Source: Fistulifera solaris
Taxonomy: Eukaryota
DNA: 64,000 nt
NCBI GenBank assembly: GCA_030295235.1
Contig: AP026147.1
Location: 62,001-126,000 of the forward strand
Direction: 5' to 3'
Shown: positions 62,342 to 64,000 of the stretch, piece by piece
Layout: every line of letters starts with the position of its first letter
How positions within the stretch are numbered: position 1 is the stretch's first letter
Made by a program: the position numbers and the translations under genes
Notes under the pieces: model-generated
What the model saw: only the letters and a program-made list of their open reading frames with translations
Database searches by the model: none
What the model was told of the DNA's origin: nothing

Positions 62342-63960
62342 ATGGTGTCTTCTTGCTCTCAAATCAACGCTTTTTCCTCTGATATGCTTTCGCATCATCA
62401 CCAATCGACTCCTGATCGTCCCGGTTATCGTGAAATGGCGCAGACTGCCGCGCCTCTCACTCCTCGTACGATCAAAACTCCAGTTCCTCGCATGCGCTCG
62501 AGTGCTCATCATCGTCGTCGTTTGTTGACGCCTCAAAGTGGCTTTCGTGAAGATCTGGATCGCTTCATTCCGTCTCGTGGTCGCATGAACATCGACTTGT
62601 GTCGTCGAAAGTTGAATTCTGTCTCGAAACCTCGTGAATCGTCAAGTAATTCTTCCTCCGGTCCTCCTTCCGCAGCTCGTTCGACAAAGCTCGCTTACGA
62701 GAAGCATTTGCTGAGTACGTTATGCAATGTTTCTGCGAATGATCTTGATGATGAACTGCAATTGAAGTCTATCTTCCAGTACGGTAATGTTTCGTCTTCC
62801 GAGATGCACAATCGTCGTCCTATCGTTGCTGCGGACCCTTTCGCGATGGACTTCTTGCGGTCCTCCACGTTGTTAACGGCGGAGAAGGTCAGCGCAACTC
62901 CCGCTCGTGTTATCCATTGTCGTCCTGAGGTTGTCCTTGATGCACCGGATATTGTGAATAACTTTTACGCTCATCCGCTCAGCTGGAGCAAGGATAATGT
63001 TCTCGCAATAGCGCTCGGGTCGGTCGTTTACCTCATGAACGTGTCTACCGAAGCAGTGCACGAGCTGGTCGATTTGAAAACGGTGTCTCACAGCCGAAGT
63101 GAGACTTCAAACCACGTTCGGGCAGTGAAGTGGTGCACAGTGAAAGGATTGACACACTACCTAGCTGTGGGAACCGACTCGAGTTCGATTGTACGACACC
63201 ATTTGCAAGAAGGAAGTTCATACTTCTCTCAGAGTTGGAGGAGGTACGGTTCACGCGCTTTCCTGGAATGATGCTATGCAATGGTTGACAGTCGGCGACC
63301 ATACGGGAAAGATTGTGAGCCTTGATTGGCGTAGCCGTTCGATGACAGGAATGACTCGACGCGGACCACCGTCATCGTCAATGTCGTCTTCAGTATGCAA
63401 CCTTGCATGGAATCCTGCAGGCACAAGTCTCAGCGAGTGGACGAGGCGATAACACAGTTCACCTGTGGGATGCTTCTATGATGAGGAGTCTCCAAGTAGG
63501 CGGCGCTCCCCGTCTTGTATTGGAATCGCACACGGCGGCTGTCAAGGGACTGGCTTGGTGTCCCTATCGTAGTGACGTACTTGCCAGTGGGGGCGGAACC
63601 GCAGATCGTTGCATCAAGCTGTGGGATACCTGCTCAGGACGTATGATACACAGTGCCTGTGCTGGAAATCAAGTATCCTCGTTGATCTGGGGCCAGCACC
63701 ACCAGGAGCTTTATTCCGGTCACGGCTTCACGGACAACGAAGTCGTGGTCTGGAGCTACCCTAAGATGCAACGCATTCAGACGTTGTCGTATCACAAAGA
63801 TCGCATCTTGTCAATGGAGTTGAGCCCCGATGGCAACCGGTTGGCATCGATAGGCGCCGATGAGAATTTGTGCCTCTGGAAAATTGATGCCGCTTCACCT
63901 CGTCCTCGTACAGCCGTGTCAGCCTCCCCATCCTTCGGTCCTCAATTCACCATCCGCTGA
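62342..63960 (+). CDS. CDC20: CDC20/Fizzy-family APC/C co-activator (WD40) with two frameshifts near 63180 and 63432
   Basis: C-box DRFIPSR, VLDAPDIVNNFY, HTAAVKGLAWCP, LASGGGTADRCIKLW, GADENLCLW and a terminal IR tail. Confidence 0.9.
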
Positions 63961-64000
63961 AAGAAGTGTCTATCGTTCATTACGATTTGTTGACGTTTGC

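Overview
Eukaryotic nuclear DNA, most likely from a pennate diatom. This rests on compact genes, short GT-AG introns (mostly 67-78 nt), bipartite signal-plus-transit presequences on a sigma-70 factor and a RusA protein, and stramenopile-type bZIP-PAS and TAZ-finger proteins. Recognisable genes: ZIP metal transporter, sulfotransferase-like protein, RusA-family resolvase, GINS Psf2, TAZ zinc-finger protein, plastid sigma factor, cytosolic transketolase, YIP1, tryptophanyl-tRNA synthetase, bZIP-PAS factor, TAF1, SFC1-type mitochondrial carrier, NDUFB8-like subunit and CDC20/Fizzy. Two very large low-complexity genes are split over several ORFs. About 20 single-base frameshifts, nearly all in homopolymer runs and in both directions, point to long-read consensus error. 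Most interesting items: a degenerate AlaX-S-like domain fused to TrpRS, a plastid-targeted phage-type RusA, a dispersed group of small disordered proteins sharing P-x-[LFMI]-P and L-x-P-R motifs (two with SIAMESE-like TP/PPP motifs, two with a shared E2F-like promoter module), a 2 kb non-autonomous DNA transposon with perfect 42-bp TIRs, and heptamer repeat mosaics with drifting units. All assignments come from reading motifs by eye; no searches were run.
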